Made by a program: the position numbers and the translations under genes. Under the pieces are notes generated by a model, which saw nothing but the letters and a program-made list of their open reading frames with translations, did no database searches and had not been told where the DNA came from. A stretch of DNA of 63,958 bases, filler included, from Reticulomyxa filosa (lineage: Eukaryota > Protista > Foraminifera), in assembly GCA_000512085.1 (NCBI GenBank). It is 18 parts of 18 records of this genome, joined end to end, with 100 filler letters (N's around TTAATTAATTAA, not from the genome) between each part and the next. Parts side by side here need not be neighbours in the genome. Positions count along the whole stretch, not along the records: positions 24,417 to 26,820 come from ASPP01026609.1; positions 26,921 to 28,744 come from ASPP01018240.1; positions 28,845 to 30,327 come from ASPP01022897.1; positions 30,428 to 31,748 come from ASPP01017909.1; positions 31,849 to 45,473 come from ASPP01016883.1; 13 more parts are not named here. One strand, given 5' to 3'. Positions 25,730 to 36,205 of the stretch are shown piece after piece (position 1 is the stretch's first letter; every line of letters begins with the position of its first letter).

Positions 25730-26820
25730 TGAGCACTGCCATCTTGGCATCTTTACAATCTCCAATTGCGTAATGCATCGCGGCCACTGTATGAATAATG
25801 TCACAATTTGTAATAAGGAGGGCAGATCCGTCTTTCGCCAAAGTCGATAACCACATAACTATCGGATTTTGACTTGATGGCGCAGCGAATGTCAGGTTTG
25901 CTATTGGGAGCTAATGTCTTCATTCGAACATGCGCTAATCACTCATCCATTGGATTCTTTCAAGTGCATGCCTTTCCATTGGTCGCCAAATAATGTATGA
26001 TTCCCTTTTTGCCCATTTCTTTGATGTTAATTCCCGGATGAAATATCTTGCAAATGAATGTGCGTTCCTGGTGACCGGCTTAACTGGAGTTGTCCTCCTT
26101 CGGGAGATGTCGTCTCTCGTGATCGTTTAGTTCGATTGGCTCCCTTGCGACATTCGTGTTATTTTTGTATCACTTAACATATCCAAAAACAACGTGTTCA
26201 TTTGATCATGAAACTTTTCCGATGGGCTATAAAGCAGCAAGTTTTAATTGTCAAATATTACTGTTAGAACTGCAAAGAGTAAATTAAACACAAATGTATA
26301 TATAAGATATATGTATACGTATTTTTTTTAAATAATTGGAAAGTACCTTTGACAAACAAAAACTTAATTCTTTCAAGCCAATTTGACCTAGGCACAAAGT
26401 ATATTCTCAGTTCCTTTTTTTTTTTTTAGATTGCAACTGGTCAACTTTAAAAAAAAAGGGTGCGTGAGTATAAAGAAATAGACTTGATGTGATTGTTCGT
26501 GTTTTTCATCCGTCTAGTGTTCTTGAGAATTGGTGAAAGTGTTGACATGGTCGTCGACGTTGCTTAAGAAGTCGTTGGCCAGAACAGTGAGTCCATTGCT
26601 TTGACGAGAATAGCTCTTGCATCAACTCTTATGTACTGATAATCAGACTTGGTCACCAACTTGGCGGCCAATACGTCCCCACTGATAAAATCCGTTAGAA
26701 CTACATCCTTTGTGGGTCCTCTACTAACAGCATCTCTATATTCGATCGACAACAGATAAACAACTGAAACGTCATGTGCTGACTTTGGTTTTTTTTCTCA
26801 CGGCTTCCGCTTTCGTCATG
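25730..26820 (-). pseudogene. BTB/BACK + HECTD1-type galactose-binding (SUN/F5-8-like) domain pseudogene
   Basis: GIIHYLATNG..*KNP...YVVIDFGERRICPPYYKL*HYSYSGRDALRNWRL..QDG resembles the HECTD1 motif GIIYWIGTN..WVNP..IDLG..IPSAYTLRH..ALRNW..SKDG; stops are present. The BTB/BACK part is tentative. Confidence 0.65.
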
Positions 26821-26920
26821 NNNNNNNNNNNNNNNNNNNNNNNNNNNNNNNNNNNNNNNNNNNNTTAATTAATTAANNNNNNNNNNNNNNNNNNNNNNNN
26901 NNNNNNNNNNNNNNNNNNNN

Positions 26921-27176
26921 TCATCGTAGCCAGTTTACTGCCGGGCTCCAGGAGCTCGGCAGCGGGCACGGAAGCCTCTTCTTTTCCCTGCATTTTCTCC
27001 AGATTGCTGAACGGCGTGGAGGAACGGTTCAGGTACATGGTCATGCCCACGGCAACGCCAACCCCCACGATCAGGCCAACCAACACGCCGGTCATTAGGC
27101 CGCCACCGCCACGCTTGCTGGCTGGTGCACTCCGGTTGCCACTACGGGAAACATGCTTCAAATCTTTGTTACTCAT
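26921..27176 (-). CDS. Bacterial SPOR-domain/FtsN-like membrane-anchored protein, N-terminal fragment
   Basis: Basic N-tail, single TM helix (GVLVGLIVGVGVAVGMTMYL) and an STPF motif. The position directly after comM matches a common betaproteobacterial gene order. The SPOR domain itself lies beyond the contig end. Confidence 0.7.
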
Positions 27177-27214
27177 AAGCCCATCAAATCTTTCGGTTGT
27201 GCCAACCTTGTTAT

Positions 27215-28726
27215 CTATTTTCCACCCAGCCCTGCCAGGCCACGTCTAAACTGCACCGCCTGCATGACATGCTGCTGCATCACGCCGATGCTACCGTCCA
27301 GATCCGCCAATGTCCTCGCCACACGCAACACCCGGTGATAAGCACGGGCCGACAAATCCAGCCGTTCAAGCGCGACGGTCAACTGTTGCTGCAAGGCTGG
27401 GGACAATTGGCAGTAAGCTGCCAAGTCGACAGTACCAAGGTCGCTATTGCGTTTGCCTTGCCGCTGCCATTGCCGTTCCCTGGCATCGCAAACGCGGCTG
27501 CGCACCTGCTCGCTAGTTTCAGCCAGAGGCAAAGACTGCAGCTCGGCCAAGGGCATGGCGCCAACCTCAACCATCAGGTCGAAACGATCCAGCAAGGGGC
27601 CGGACAGTTTACCGCGATAGCGGCTCACCTGCTCGGGCGTACAGCGGCACGCCCGCCTGGGATGGCCGAAGTAGCCGCACGGGCAAGGGTTCATCGCTGC
27701 CAGCAACTGAAAGCGTGCCGGGTAACATACCTGCCTGGCGGCGCGGGAGATATGAATCTCCCCAGTCTCCAGAGGTTCCCGCAATACCTCGAGCACCTTG
27801 CGATCAAACTCGGGTAATTCATCCAGAAACAACACACCATGGTGGGCCAGGGTGATCTCGCCCGGTCTGGGGTCCGACCCGCCGCCAACCAGCGCAGCAG
27901 CCGACGCCGTGTGGTGCGGATGCCGATAGGGTCGAACGCACCACAATCGGACATCAAAACCCTGTGCACCCAGTGATTGCACCGCAGCACTTTCCAGCGC
28001 TTCTTTCTGGTTCATTGGCGGCATGATGCCGGGAAAGCGTGCCGCCAGCATGGACTTGCCGGTTCCAGGGGGCCCCTGCAGCAACAGGTTGTGGCCGCCA
28101 GCCGCGGCCACTTCCAGCGCCAGCTTGGCTAGCCCCTGCCCCCTCACCTCGGCCATATCAGGATAGGCATTCGGCTGCCCAGCAGCGTTAACCACCTGCT
28201 GTACCGGCAATGGCTGCAAACCCGCCAAGTGTGCACACACCTGGCCCAGATTGTCGGCCGCCAGAATGGTCACTCCCTGCACCAAAGCCGCTTCGCACGC
28301 ACTCAAACGGGGCAGTACGAAACACCGCCCGCTACCCGCTGCGGCCGCGACCATGGCCAGTGCACCACGCACAGGTCGTAATTCGCCGCCCAAGCCAAGC
28401 TCACCGGCCAGCTCGAGACCGGCAAGCGCGTCGCCAGGGATCTGTCCGTCCGCAGCCAGTAAAGCGACTGCGATCGGCAAATCGAAGCGCCCTGACTCCT
28501 TGGGTAACTCTGCAGGTGCCAGATTGACCGTAATACGTCGCGCCGGGAAGTCAAACCCGGACTGCACAATGGCCGCCCTGACCCGCTCCTTGCTTTCCTT
28601 GACTTCGGTATCAGGCAAGCCCACCAGGGTAAACGCAGGCAGACCGTTAGCCAGATGCACTTCCACAGTCACTTCCGGTGCACTCACCCCGGCAAGCGCC
28701 CGGCTGATGCACACCGCAAGCGACAT
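27215..28726 (-). CDS. comM: Bacterial YifB/ComM Mg-chelatase-like AAA+ ATPase
   Basis: 503-aa intact ORF with GLPAFTLVGLPDTEVKESKERVR, NLAPAELPKESGRFDLPIA, Walker A GPPGTGKS, Walker B VLFLDE, AAMNPCPCGY and LSARAYHRVLRVARTLADL. Confidence 0.97.
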   Translation of the reverse strand: MSLAVCISRALAGVSAPEVTVEVHLANGLPAFTLVGLPDTEVKESKERVRAAIVQSGFDFPARRITVNLAPAELPKESGRFDLPIAVALLAADGQIPGDALAGLELAGELGLGGELRPVRGALAMVAAAAGSGRCFVLPRLSACEAALVQGVTILAADNLGQVCAHLAGLQPLPVQQVVNAAGQPNAYPDMAEVRGQGLAKLALEVAAAGGHNLLLQGPPGTGKSMLAARFPGIMPPMNQKEALESAAVQSLGAQGFDVRLWCVRPYRHPHHTASAAALVGGGSDPRPGEITLAHHGVLFLDELPEFDRKVLEVLREPLETGEIHISRAARQVCYPARFQLLAAMNPCPCGYFGHPRRACRCTPEQVSRYRGKLSGPLLDRFDLMVEVGAMPLAELQSLPLAETSEQVRSRVCDARERQWQRQGKRNSDLGTVDLAAYCQLSPALQQQLTVALERLDLSARAYHRVLRVARTLADLDGSIGVMQQHVMQAVQFRRGLAGLGGK

Positions 28727-29230
28727 ACCGCCTTACTCCGTCGCNNNNNNNNNNNNNNNNNNNNNNNNNNNNNNNNNNNNNNNNNNNNTTAATTAATTAA
28801 NNNNNNNNNNNNNNNNNNNNNNNNNNNNNNNNNNNNNNNNNNNNTTGAACTTTCTCGCATTTTGAACTCGTTTACGCAATCCAGGATACATTTTCATTTT
28901 TCTGCGCAAGGCTTTTTTGATTCTCCTTTCACGAACATTAATAGGTAATTTAGCAAATACTTTTTTAAATTCCAGTTGATTGTTTTGGAGGTTTTAATTG
29001 TGTGTCTGAAATTAAATATGATGTCACATGACTCAAATAAGGTTTTACCATTTCTGCATGTTGTAACATTTTTTTGTTGTAACACAAAAACAATAAAATG
29101 CTCAAAATTTCAAATATGTACATATAAAGGTATTTGTAATTTATTTTTTTAAAAAAAGATAACTTTATCATGTATCAACAGTTCATATTCTCTTTTGGTG
29201 GACAATGGCAACTTTTGAATGATTTGAACA

Positions 29231-30130
29231 TCACTGGAATTGTCTGGCTGTTCGGCCAATGCGATGAATATACTTTTTGAGTGTGAGTGGACAGCTAAAA
29301 TTGATCACTGCAGTAACTCCTCGAAAATCGATGCCACGATGAGGCATTACTTCGTTGTTGCTCGCCATGTTAATTGTGTGGTCGTGAGCTGTCTTACTTT
29401 TTGTCGATGGGTTGTCCACATCCGCACCCGTTTTGATTGTCAAATGCATATCCGCCAATGCCTTTGTTTCTTTTTCAATCTCTTTCAACAATGTATCATC
29501 TGTTTCATTGATATCATATTCCTCTCCGACATTCTCCTTCTCTTCTTCCTGCGTCAGTGATATATCGTCATGTTCGTCAATTGCATCTGTTGTTAGCAAA
29601 TATTCTTTACTGTTAGTAATGTAAATAATGTTGTTTGTTATTGTTTATCCTCTGATACAATATTTTTATTTTTATTTTATTATTTTAAATTTCTCTTTCC
29701 TCATCATTTTTCATTGCAAACTGTCAACAAATATTACCATAACACTGGAAATTGCAATTTTTTTAAAAAAATTTCTTCACAACGTGAAATGAATAAAAAT
29801 TAAAACACTACTAAATAATAATAATAATAATAAAGATCAAAACTGAATAAACCACTGTTAAATTTTTCAAGAACCGATTGTCTGGAATTGTAAGGTAAAT
29901 TAGGGTTCAAACAGCGGTAGGGACTAGAAAAATTTCCAAAAATAATTTCAAACGATAACACAAATCAATACTGTGAAGAAATATAATACTCTTGCATTCG
30001 ATAATTCCCAATTTGAGTAATGCATACATCACAAGAAATTTTTCATTAGCATCATTTACTTCGAGGTAGTTACTCACTCAATTTACTTTCATCAAATCCG
30101 GTCTATTGTGGATCGTTGCTTAAGTTCTTA
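29231..30130 (-). pseudogene. DBP9: DEAD-box RNA helicase DBP9/DDX56 pseudogene fragment
   Basis: KFLVMYALLKLGIIECKSIIFLHSIDLCYRLKLFLE (DDX56/Dbp9 signature), LLTTD, RGIDF (motif V) and YIHRIGRTAR (motif VI), with premature stops and frameshifts. Confidence 0.85.
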
Positions 30131-30691
30131 CATTTGCTTGTAAAGATATAAGTGCTTATAATACGTATAACTTTTCCCCCCTTTTTTTGTGTGTCAATTA
30201 TTTATTTTTGCAAACGAAACTTGATCGATTTGAATAAGTTTGATGATGCATCAAAAAGTGCTTTTGAAGCTCAGTGGTGTGAGGATTCAATGTGGCGAAT
30301 ATTTGAGGTTTTCGGGACGAAAACAAGNNNNNNNNNNNNNNNNNNNNNNNNNNNNNNNNNNNNNNNNNNNNTTAATTAATTAANNNNNNNNNNNNNNNNN
30401 NNNNNNNNNNNNNNNNNNNNNNNNNNNAAATATTTTTTTTATTTTATTTCAATGAATAATCTTTTCAAATCTTCTCTACTATCATCAACAGACAAGACAG
30501 AATGAATGTATTATCTTTTTGTTTAATCCTTTATTCTGATATATTGAAAAAAAAATGTCAAATCATTGTCAATTTATCATTTCACCAACTTCTTTTACAT
30601 AATAATTGTACATGCATAGAACAATATGTCAGAGATTAACATCAATTTATTATAAGCATTGAAATTATCTGATTGTAAAAATTTGGAAAAA

Positions 30692-30895
30692 AAAAAGTGT
30701 GATTCATGTAAAATAAAAATGGTATAAATGTTCAATATTTATTTATACTGTTCATTATAATAAATGAAAAAAAAAAATAAACATATATGCTAGATGCCCT
30801 TGACCTGGGCAACAATTGATCGCATTTTCATGCGTTAAAATAAATTTTCAAATTAAATTATATGTCCTATTTTAATAACATGCAATACACTTTTT
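30692..30895. mobile_element. MITE family B, copy 1 (~204 bp, imperfect TIRs)
   Basis: aaaaagtgtgattcatgtaaaataaaaatggtataaat ... attatatgtcctattttaataacatgcaatacacttttt; similar along its length to 47877-48084. Confidence 0.6.
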
Positions 30896-31905
30896 ATAAA
30901 ATTATTTTTAAAGAATATCAATTTTTGTAATTCAAAACATAAATGAAAGAGAATATTTAAAACAACTTGTAATTTTCTTTTTATAAATGAAATAGTCATT
31001 CTTCTGTTAATGAAAAAAAACAAAAGAAAACTAAGCAAAAAAAATTAAATAGTAAAGGCAAATTCTCTATATTTTGAAGCGATTTGTCACCATAGTACTG
31101 ACAGTAAATCAATTCCCTCAAAATATATGAAACTATACAAAGCGAAGATTGTATAGTATTTATGATATTGATGATCAAACAGTGAAAGCTTCTAGCGTAA
31201 ATGTATTAAATAGATGCTTTATCTGCATCATACAAAAATATTTTAATTCATATTTCTTAGGAAAAAAACTGTTTGAGCACGCCAGTATCGATTCAATATA
31301 AAATTTATCCAAAACCAAAGAGAAAGTTATGTTTACTATTGTACTTTCAAAATGATATAATTAAAAGTGCAATTTTTGTAAGATCTATTTATAATTTAAA
31401 TTTGACCATTTATTGTTTAATGAAAAAACTTTCACTTGCATAATGATTCGGAGAGAAAGATATTAGATTTAATGCCAAAAGGAAATATAGCGACAAAATA
31501 TGTTGTTTGGGTTTGTGTTAATTGACATTTCAATCAATTTTTACTTTATAGAAATGTCTCTTTATTGTAAATTGTTATAGTATTTTTTTAGAACAAACAA
31601 TTCAATTAATTATTTCATATCTTCATTATTCTGCCAAAAGATCATTTTTTGCAAAGGAAAACAATAAGTTTTGTGTTCAGAAAACTTGTGCTACATTTGA
31701 ATTTGGTTGAGAGTGTATATCTCCAAATAAGTTGCAGGACATTATCATNNNNNNNNNNNNNNNNNNNNNNNNNNNNNNNNNNNNNNNNNNNNTTAATTAA
31801 TTAANNNNNNNNNNNNNNNNNNNNNNNNNNNNNNNNNNNNNNNNNNNNCTTATTACATATACATTTATATATGATGTTGTTTTTTATTATTATTATTATA
31901 TTAAG

Positions 31906-32171
31906 CATTAACATAACCATTGACAAACTCTTTGCCTTGTTTGTGTGACCATACTCCATCAAAGGATCAACAAGAATGTGGTAACGTTTGCTTAGAATGG
32001 ATTAATGTTTTGATAGATTTTGTTGAAACGAATGAAATCACTATCCAAAAAATACAATCTATTCACACTCTGGCCTTGAAAGCCCCCAATCTAAATCAAA
32101 CCTTTTTGCAAAATACTTTGTCTCACATTCGCTCAAAAAATGAGGCGCTATACTTAAATTTGGCTGCTTAA
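31906..32171 (+). CDS. Terminal exon of unknown helical protein (partial)
   Basis: Open frame after an AG at the contig start (...CGNVCLEWINVLIDFVETNE...LYLNLAA*). Confidence 0.4.
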
Positions 32172-32789
32172 AAACATATTTTACAACAATTAATTATTGA
32201 AAACTTTTTTTGTTTTTTTTTTCGTCCCTCTCCTCCTTTTAACAAAGGTGTGACGGCTCTTGTATTTTGTTTTCTTTTTTTTAAACATTTTTTGACATAT
32301 CTTTCAGCTGTGTCATGGTTTATCGGTTGCAATTACTCCTTTTTTTTTATTGCTGTTTGAAACTCAAAAAGAGAAATAATAAAATAGGAGTTCATTTACG
32401 AAATATTCAAATGTCAAACATCAATCAAACCCAAGTGTCAATTAGATTTTTTATCAGTTTTGAGAAATGATATTATCGTAAATTCAAAATTTTAAATAAA
32501 AGAAAAAATTTTTTAATATATATTTTTTTATTGATATGAAAACACAATATTAATATGGGTCATGTGTCAATTTAATTTTTGTTCATTATCATCAAAGCAA
32601 GCAATTAAAATGCTTTTTAAAGCACGTTGTCAACAAAGAAAGAAGAAAAGCAAATATAAATCCAAAAAAAATGGAGACAAGCACAAAGTAAAAACTGGAG
32701 CAACACGCAGAAAATCCGACGTCATTCAAAAAAACTCATTGCAAAAAAAAAAAAAAAAAAAAACTAAAAAAGCGGTGTATCGATGAAAG

Positions 32790-35627
32790 ATGGGGCAAGA
32801 CTGTGCAGTTTGTCAGCAGCCACCAGCATCAGGGAATGATTCACCCCCTTTGGATGAAGACGAAATAGACACGACTTCGGTGCAGTCTCGTCGGGTGACA
32901 AGTGACGCTAGCTATGGACGTCCAATAAAGCAGACACAAGACGCAGAAAGTATGAAGAAGCTGCCACCACCACTAATATTACCACTGCGACATTCATCTC
33001 AGACGTCACTTGTTCACCGAAGGATAAGTCGAAGTAGGAGCACGCACGGGCAAGCAAAGAACGAGCATAGTGACAAGCGAGTACACATGCAGCAGGAGGA
33101 TTCTTCTAGATACAGTCATCACAGCAAGCACAAAGAAGGTGAGGAACGCAAGCATAGTCACAGTCACAATAACAATAACAATAACAATAACAATAACAAG
33201 CACAAGCATAAGCACAGTAACGATCACAAATACAATGCGATCGCCAATAGCAATAAGAGTAGCAATGACAATGAAAGTTCAAAGCTGAGGAACAGAATGC
33301 AGAACAAATCGGAAGATGAAGACAGCTACAAGCACGGATCAAAATACTCACATAGCCATACACGCAAGCACAAGCACAAGCACAAGCACAAGCACAGACA
33401 TAAACATAAGTACACTCGCTATACGGACAAGCACACCGGACAAGAATATGTGCAGTGCAGCAAAGAGAGTTGTCGGAACGTGATATCGATTGACGACTTC
33501 GAAGAGCTTTGGCGAAGGAAAAGCAAACAAAGAGGAGTCCAGAAACAGATGAACAGCAGTGCTTATGATCTGACACGAAGCGCAGATCCAAAAGAGGAAA
33601 CAGTTATCAGTCGTACAAAAAGTATTCGAGAAACAGGCCGAAGGAGTAGTAGAGCAAGTAGTCGATATAAACATAACAATTGTAATAATGGCAATGACAA
33701 TGGCAATGACAATCACGCAAATAATAGTAATAGCAATAGCAATAGCAATAACAATAATAATGTCAATAGCAATATAAATAACAGCAAAGCCAAAATTAAA
33801 CTCAAAAACAATAATCCGAAAAAAAAAAGCCAAATCAACAAAGTTCGAAAATTGAAGAAATGGTATTTGGACATGTTGACCCAATTGGATGAATTGAATT
33901 GTATTATGCGCAATCAATATTCAAATTCAAATATTCATAGCAACAGCAATAACAATAACAATAACAATAGTAATAGCAATGACAATGGTAATGGCAATGG
34001 TAATGGCAATGGTAATGGTAATGGTAATGATGACAATACTAATAACAATAGCAATCGTAATAACAACGAGAACAATACCAAATATGGAGATACCAATGCC
34101 AATAAATACTTTGAGTGTCCATTGTTGCTACTCCCTTGTGCCAATGGCAATCAGTATGCTACTAATCTTGACAATAAATGTGGTATCCCAAACCCACACG
34201 AACAACCCCATCTTAACAACGACGTTATTAAAACCATTATCCGTTCTTTGCTCAAAAAAAAACCTCAACATATGCCTCAGTTTCATTTGTTTGTTTGCTT
34301 ATTTATATGTATTTTTTTTTGGTTTGCTTCTTGACACATAGCAAAAAAAAAAAAAAAAACAAACTCAATACACATATATAGTTTAGACAGCTGGCGAGAA
34401 TTTTTATTGTTCTATGTCGTCTCTTTCGAGGCGATTCCTGGTCGCAGTCTGTGGTGTATGTTGTTTGTCTCCTTTTTTTTTCTTTATTCATTGCAATAAC
34501 AATGGCAATAACATTTGCACATGTAAAAAAAAAAACTGCTGTATTATTGCAAAGCTACGGCGAAAAAGAAACGATCATTCGAGAAAGCAATGTGCGCAAA
34601 TGGATAAAGGAATTGCTACAAGCAGTGTTTTTTTTGCACAGTCACAATATCGCTCATTTGGATATTTCACCGGAATCCATTGCCATCAGCTATGCCAATG
34701 AAGTGTTTTTGTGCCATTTCCAATGTTGCTATGGCTGTCGAAGAAATGACCACTTATCCTGTCAACGTCAATTGTTTTGTTCTATTATATATGTATATAT
34801 ATATATATTTTTTTTTTTTTTTCTACATTATGCATGGATTGATGACACACACACCTGGGGGGGAAAAAAAAAACGTACCCGAATTTTAGTAATGAGCAAC
34901 ACGTGGCAGCCACCAGCAAGCATTCGCCACCAAAGTGCGTACACTGGCTTTGAGCTGAAAGCGTTTGATATGCGTTCCATTGGCATTTTGACCTTTTTAT
35001 TATTAACCGCCAACTATCCCTTTTACAAAGACAAGAATTCTCAACCCATTCCTGAAAACGAGTTTCTATTTTATTTTATTCGTGTTGCATTTATTCTATT
35101 GTTACATATACAATATATGCATATATATATATATATATATGTACATATACATATATGTGTATATGTATAATAAATCGACATTGCAACATGTTAACATCGA
35201 ATTCATCAAGATATGTTCGACAAGTTCGAATAATCTCTTCTGACGCACGCAGTTTTGTGGCACAGTTATTGGAACCTCAAATCCACAATCGATTGACAGC
35301 ACAGCAAGCCTTGTTGCATCCATGGATACAATCACAAGTTTGTTGTTGTTGTGTCCTTTTTTTTTTTTAAAAAAAAAAGACCTTACAAACATAAACAGAT
35401 AAATAACCAAAAAAAAAAAAAAAAAAGAAAGATATGTTAGTAAAAGTGGATGGGCAAATCTATCGATCAATGTACAACTACCATCTGCCGAAATTGCTGA
35501 AGAAGCAGCAGTATCTCAGTGCAGAGAGCGAAAAGTTGTTTCAATCGACGAAAACGCTGATTTTGTCTCGTTTGACCAAGTTGAATGAAGTCCTGAAAGA
35601 AGAGGATGCATTGCTATCATCCCCTTC

Positions 35628-35658
<31 letters not shown>

Positions 35659-36168
35659 CTTTCTCCTTCTCCTTCTTCGGCATCGTCTTCTCACTCGTCA
35701 TTATCATCACTCTCAAAATCTCATGCCTCGTCATCACCATCATTGGTGTCATTGTCGTCATCAACCTCCTCAGCCTCAGCCTCAGCATCGGCATCAGCCT
35801 CAGACTCAGCCTCCGCCTCTTCTTCTTCATTGTCCTCCTCGTTTTCCGCGTCGCGATCATCGTTCTCGTCGACATCGCTATCTACCTTGTCCGGCGACGA
35901 CAAGTCGCGTTCAGCGAAGACGAGCACAAGCACCATAGCTCCGAGCCATGGCAAGAAGAAGAAGAAGAAGAGGCGCAACAAGCAAACCAAAGCGAACAAG
36001 CGAAAAATAAAAACAAACAAAAGCACTTGAAAAGAGACAAGTCTCATCGGTTGGTAGCGGGTGTAACTGAGACTGGCAAACAAAAGCAGGATGAACATGA
36101 CCACCCACCACACTCTGTTGCAAATGCCTTAACAAACATTGACTCGGTATTATCGAATTATCCAATCC

Positions 36169-36205
<37 letters not shown>

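Noticed and set aside
27197-28796. Long + strand ORFs overlapping comM
   Set aside because: Antisense shadows expected in GC-rich coding DNA.
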